This document shows positions 60,342 through 64,000 of a stretch of 64,000 bases of DNA, piece after piece (the stretch's first letter is position 1; each line of letters opens with the position of its first letter). Position numbers and translations under genes: made by a program. Source of the stretch: Candidatus Bathyarchaeota archaeon (GTDB lineage Archaea > Thermoproteota > Bathyarchaeia > Bathyarchaeales > Bathycorpusculaceae); the NCBI GenBank assembly GCA_963775465.1, contig CAVZIW010000006.1, forward strand, positions 64,001 through 128,000. Direction: 5' to 3'. The notes under the pieces were generated by a model, which did not search any database, was not told the DNA's origin, and worked only from the letters and a program-made list of their open reading frames with translations.

Positions 60342-60342
60342 T

Positions 60343-61131
60343 TCATTTTGTAGGACTATGTTCTGGCGTTTCTGAAATAATGTTCCTGGGATTTAATGCC
60401 GGGGTTCTGTTTAGCAATAGAATTAATGGGGTTCCGACGAGAGTTGCGGCGATTATTAAGATTAGTCTTTCAACGGGATAGACGAGGAACACTCCCGTCC
60501 AGATTCCAGCGTATGCGTCGGCAGGAATAGAATTTGTTAATTGACCAAGTACAGTTTCAAACAGGATGTTTCCCGTTAGATGTTGGATCATTGCGCCAAT
60601 AAAAGCAAAGATTGCAACCCCGGCGACTACTCTTCTATAGTCTAATGTACGAAGCCATTTTGCCGCCTTCAAACTTAAAGGAGATAGCAGCACCACGAAT
60701 GCTACTATATGCAACCAAGTGAAAGGAACCCAGGAGATAAATATTGTAGTTAATGGGTTTACAAGAAAGATGGCTAGCAGCGCCACATTAATTGCTACCA
60801 CTATTGCCCATTTCGAGCGTTTATTCTGATAGAGGAATCCTGTTGAAATTGTTGCCATGAAATCCGGTAGGAAATCAAAACCATAAAATGTCATAGGTCT
60901 TCCCAATCCTATTGCTCCAAAGTTGCCGAGGAGTACAGTAAGTCCTCCGAAGTAGGGTCCGAGCAAGATCCCTATTATTGGTGCGAGGAAATCAGAGAGG
61001 GAGAGAAACCCTCCTGTTGGTCCGATAAGCATGCTAAAGGGGATGAAGCGAAGGACTATGTAAAGTGCTGTGAAGATTGTCAATAGAGCGATTTGTTTGG
61101 TTCTTTGGCTTCTTTGACGCGGGTTGAACAT
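60343..61131 (-). CDS. ECF-type S-component-like membrane protein
   Basis: IFTALYIVL..IP, GILLGPYFGG, multiple TMs. Confidence 0.65.
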   Translation of the reverse strand: MFNPRQRSQRTKQIALLTIFTALYIVLRFIPFSMLIGPTGGFLSLSDFLAPIIGILLGPYFGGLTVLLGNFGAIGLGRPMTFYGFDFLPDFMATISTGFLYQNKRSKWAIVVAINVALLAIFLVNPLTTIFISWVPFTWLHIVAFVVLLSPLSLKAAKWLRTLDYRRVVAGVAIFAFIGAMIQHLTGNILFETVLGQLTNSIPADAYAGIWTGVFLVYPVERLILIIAATLVGTPLILLLNRTPALNPRNIISETPEHSPTK

Positions 61132-61823
61132 AACAGCTTACCTTGGAATATTTTGCATTGCTATGTAATTTTTTACACAGTTATTAAAACTTTCCGAACC
61201 CTCACCAATCTGGCTCTTAAACTATTCTCAACAAAGAGATTAAATGATTTAATCACTAAAAACACCTGCTTAACCCATTCACTGAGTCTTGACCAATTTT
61301 AATGTAGATCCAATCGGAGTATATGTTATGCCACTAAGGCAATACACTGGCTTGCCAAATTTGAAGCTGTCGACTTCAAAATATTAATCATAGAAACAAG
61401 AAATGTTTTCCCATGTCGGTGATGATGCTGTTGCAGAAACGGGTGACTTTGAAGAGAAAAACGCCAGCATAATAATCATGGGTACAATAGCGCAACGTAT
61501 TCGCTTTATAAGAAAACTTCGAAGGCAACCTTTTGGTGATTGCCAAAAATAGGTGCTATCTTTGAAAATTTGCTGTTCAAAGGTTTAAATGTTGGTCTAA
61601 TGTCCGTTTGGTGGTTAAATTGTGTTTTTCGAATTTGACATATAAATGTTAAAAATGAACAGCCTTACAAACATCAAGAAAAAGCCTAATTCAGATCCAT
61701 AATTCGGGGCTTTTTTAGTTATAGCGCATATTTTTGGTCTTTTTAATAGTCCGAGCATAAAGATCAGGCTTTAGCAAATTTTAAATACAAATCACAGTCA
61801 ATTAAAGAATTGAGGTTACTAAA

Positions 61824-61874
61824 ATGGCTAAAGCAACTAAAAAGGCAGTAAAAAAGACTAAAAAGAAGAAATAA
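61824..61874 (+). CDS. 16-aa lysine-rich micropeptide MAKATKKAVKKTKKKK
   Basis: TTTAAATA at 61780, GAGGT SD at 61812, ATG, TAA, then a hairpin and T-tract. Confidence 0.65.
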   Translation: MAKATKKAVKKTKKKK

Positions 61875-61877
61875 AGC

Positions 61878-61914
61878 GCATTAGCCGTTTGGCTATGCCC
61901 TCTTTTTCTTTTTT
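61878..61914 (+). terminator. Hairpin plus pyrimidine/T tract
   Basis: GCA-T-TAGCC-GTTT-GGCTA-TGC followed by CCTCTTTTTCTTTTTT. Confidence 0.6.
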
Positions 61915-62045
61915 CAAACAAAAATAAATATTGTCCATTTTCATTGAATTTAACATAAATGTGTTAGATTTGCTTTTTCAAGTCAGTTTGGTTAAAAGAA
62001 GCTTTATCTACTAAAAACCTTAACCTACATTATAGAGGAATTTGT

Positions 62046-62963
62046 TTGGGTACTAACCTGTTAAGCACAAGCTTTGCTGGTTTGGAGCTGCCAAACCCTA
62101 CCATTTTGGCATCCGGCATTTTGGGTTACTCTTCAGAGTCGTTTAGCCGCGTTGTTAAAGCTGGTGCTGGTGCAGTTGTAACCAAATCAGTTGGTATTGC
62201 TCCACGAGTTGGGTACCCAAATCCTACAATTGTGCAATCCCGAAGTGGCCTAATAAACGCAATGGGGTTGCCTAATCCTGGAATCGAAACTTACGTGGAG
62301 GAAATAAACTTCTCCAAAACTATTTTGGCTGTTCCTTTGATCGTTAGCGTTTTTGGATACACTTCAGAAGAATATGCCGCTGTTTCTAAAAGAGCCGTTG
62401 ACGCGGGAGCTGACGCAGTGGAACTTAACGTTTCCTGCCCCCATGTAAAGCAGACAGGTGCAGAAATTGGGCAAAACCCTAAACTCCTTTCAGAAATCGT
62501 TGAGAACGTTAAGGCAAAAATCAACAAACCTGTTATCGTTAAACTCTCACCCAACGTCACGGACATAACCATCTTAGCTAAGGCTGCGATGGAAGCAGGA
62601 GCAGACGCCTTAACGGTAATTAACACTCTAAAAGCAATTGCTATCGATATTGAGACACTGCAGCCGATCTTGAGTAATGTTAAAGGTGGTTTGTCTGGAG
62701 AAGCAATAAAGCCAGTGGCGTTGCGTTGCGTCTATGATATAGCGGAACAGTATAAGGTGCCAATTATTGGGTGTGGTGGTGTTTCAAATTGGCATGATGC
62801 TGTTGAGTTTTTTTTGGCTGGAGCGTCTGCAGTGCAGATTGGTACAGCGTTGGCTGATGATGTGGAGGTTTTTGGAGCAGTGACGAAAGGAGTAGAATCC
62901 TACTTGAGACGGAAACATTATGCAAATGTAAAGGAGATAGTTGGTCTTGCTCACCACAAATAA
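62046..62963 (+). CDS. pyrD: Dihydroorotate dehydrogenase 1B catalytic subunit
   Basis: ASG, VTKS, NAMGLPNPG, ELNVSCPH, VKLSPN, GGLSG, VQIGT. Confidence 0.95.
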   Translation: MGTNLLSTSFAGLELPNPTILASGILGYSSESFSRVVKAGAGAVVTKSVGIAPRVGYPNPTIVQSRSGLINAMGLPNPGIETYVEEINFSKTILAVPLIVSVFGYTSEEYAAVSKRAVDAGADAVELNVSCPHVKQTGAEIGQNPKLLSEIVENVKAKINKPVIVKLSPNVTDITILAKAAMEAGADALTVINTLKAIAIDIETLQPILSNVKGGLSGEAIKPVALRCVYDIAEQYKVPIIGCGGVSNWHDAVEFFLAGASAVQIGTALADDVEVFGAVTKGVESYLRRKHYANVKEIVGLAHHK

Positions 62964-63756
62964 TAACTTAAGAACTACACAAATTATTAGAATTCAAACA
63001 GAAAGCCCTACTGTTAAAACTTTCACTTTTGCAGACAAATTGTGTTCAAAAGCTAACCCCGGGCAGTTTTTGATGCTTTGGATTCCAGGAATCGATGAAA
63101 TCCCCCTTAGTATAATGAATGCTGGTAACGATTTAGTCTCTGTCTCTGTCAAGGTGGTTGGCGATGCAACCCGGCACATGCATGCATTGGAGACAGGCGC
63201 GACCATAGGTCTTAGAGGACCATTCGGTAACCGTTTCACAGAAAGTCGTGGTAGAGTTTTATTGGTCGGAGGAGGAACAGGAACAGCCCCTCTTCTTTTT
63301 CTAGCTAATCGGTTAGCATCAAAAACTCAGCGGCTCTCATTTGTGGAAGGAGCCAAAACCAAAGACGAACTCCTCTTCGTATCTGCACTTGACGGAATCT
63401 GCCAAGAAAAAAACATGATAACAACCACTGAAGATGGCACAGCTGGCCTGCAATGCTTGGTGACAGTGCCGCTAGCGAAGTTGCTGGATGAACAACAATT
63501 TGACATGATCTACACTTGCGGACCCGAAGTAATGGTTAAAAAAATCTTCGAAATGACCGAACAACGGAAACTGCCTCTTGAAGCTAGCTTGGAGCGCCTT
63601 ATACGTTGTGGGATTGGTTTGTGTGGAAGCTGCATGATTGGCAAATATCGTGTGTGCCGTGACGGACCCGTTTTTAATGCGGCGCAGCTTCGTGAAATGA
63701 AAGCGGAATTGGGTGTTTCCAAGCTTGGGTTTGACGGGTCAAGGATTCCAGTTTAG
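62941..63756 (+). CDS. pyrK: Dihydroorotate dehydrogenase electron transfer subunit
   Basis: PGQF, RGPFG, GGGTGTAP, CGP, CGIGLCGSC...CRDGPVF. Confidence 0.95.
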   Translation: MVLLTTNNNLRTTQIIRIQTESPTVKTFTFADKLCSKANPGQFLMLWIPGIDEIPLSIMNAGNDLVSVSVKVVGDATRHMHALETGATIGLRGPFGNRFTESRGRVLLVGGGTGTAPLLFLANRLASKTQRLSFVEGAKTKDELLFVSALDGICQEKNMITTTEDGTAGLQCLVTVPLAKLLDEQQFDMIYTCGPEVMVKKIFEMTEQRKLPLEASLERLIRCGIGLCGSCMIGKYRVCRDGPVFNAAQLREMKAELGVSKLGFDGSRIPV

Positions 63757-63810
63757 CCAGGATGTTTGATTAGATATGGGTAGGCAAGTAACGATAAAGG
63801 AGAAAATTAG

Positions 63811-64000
63811 ATGTCTATAAAAATGTCCATTAGAGAAATAATAGCTGCAATTTTAAACGAAATCAAGGTTGCACTCAAAGAATACGCAAACGAAGCTGAA
63901 GTCGCCTTCAAACAACGCATCAAAAAACTTCTAATCGTTAGTATAGTAAGCTCTGTTTTAATGGCGTTGGGTATCTCGCTTGCAGGGTCGGCATCTCTAT
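63811..64000 (+). CDS. Partial membrane protein (YqjE/holin-X-like layout), runs off the window
   Basis: GGAG SD; MSIKMSIREIIAAILNEIK... amphipathic helix then a hydrophobic segment. Confidence 0.5.
   Translation, partial: MSIKMSIREIIAAILNEIKVALKEYANEAEVAFKQRIKKLLIVSIVSSVLMALGISLAGSASL

Noticed and set aside
61280-61480. Minus-strand remnant of a secreted protein
   Set aside because: Signal-like start but an in-frame stop and no recognisable domain; too weak to call.
1205-63722. Numerous short ORFs antisense to or overlapping recognised genes (e.g. 1205-1417, 1450-1686, 26152-26610, 59214-59690)
   Set aside because: Shadow frames of well-supported genes, without motifs.
1-64000. CRISPR array or rRNA genes
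   Set aside because: No regularly spaced 24-40 bp repeats and no rRNA-like segments seen.

Overview
Chromosomal segment of an archaeon, most likely a Bathyarchaeia (TACK) member. This is inferred from the single-chain Rpo1, the Cdv/ESCRT division genes, methanopterin biosynthesis genes and many NosD/beta-helix surface proteins with C-terminal TM-KKR anchors. Core loci: moaABC, cdc6/orc1, pdaD, rpo2-rpo1-rpl30e-nusA, a short SMC5/6-like ATPase with kleisin- and KITE-like partners, nucS, apgM, ESCRT-III-cdvA-cdvB-cdvC, LipS2-type radical SAM, DUF447-mptG-DHPS-like, and pyrD-pyrK. Two accessory tracts carry surface and membrane protein genes: about 1.9-5.4 kb beside an intron-containing tRNA-Leu(CAA), and about 38.8-47 kb. 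Top observation: a recurrent 22-bp imperfect palindrome, TTAGTCAAG-N4-CTTGACNAA, marks gene boundaries in both tracts. It sits just upstream of BRE/TATA boxes and can overlap stop codons, and an IS1182 lies in the centre of one copy. This suggests a cassette/recombination-site or regulon system. Also notable: a hinge-less SMC5/6-like operon, a stand-alone 16-aa Lys-rich micro-gene, and a VapBC module bracketed by the tRNA and a degenerate copy of its 3' end. Frameshifts in the first 11 kb look like read errors. All calls come from motif recognition by eye; no searches were run.
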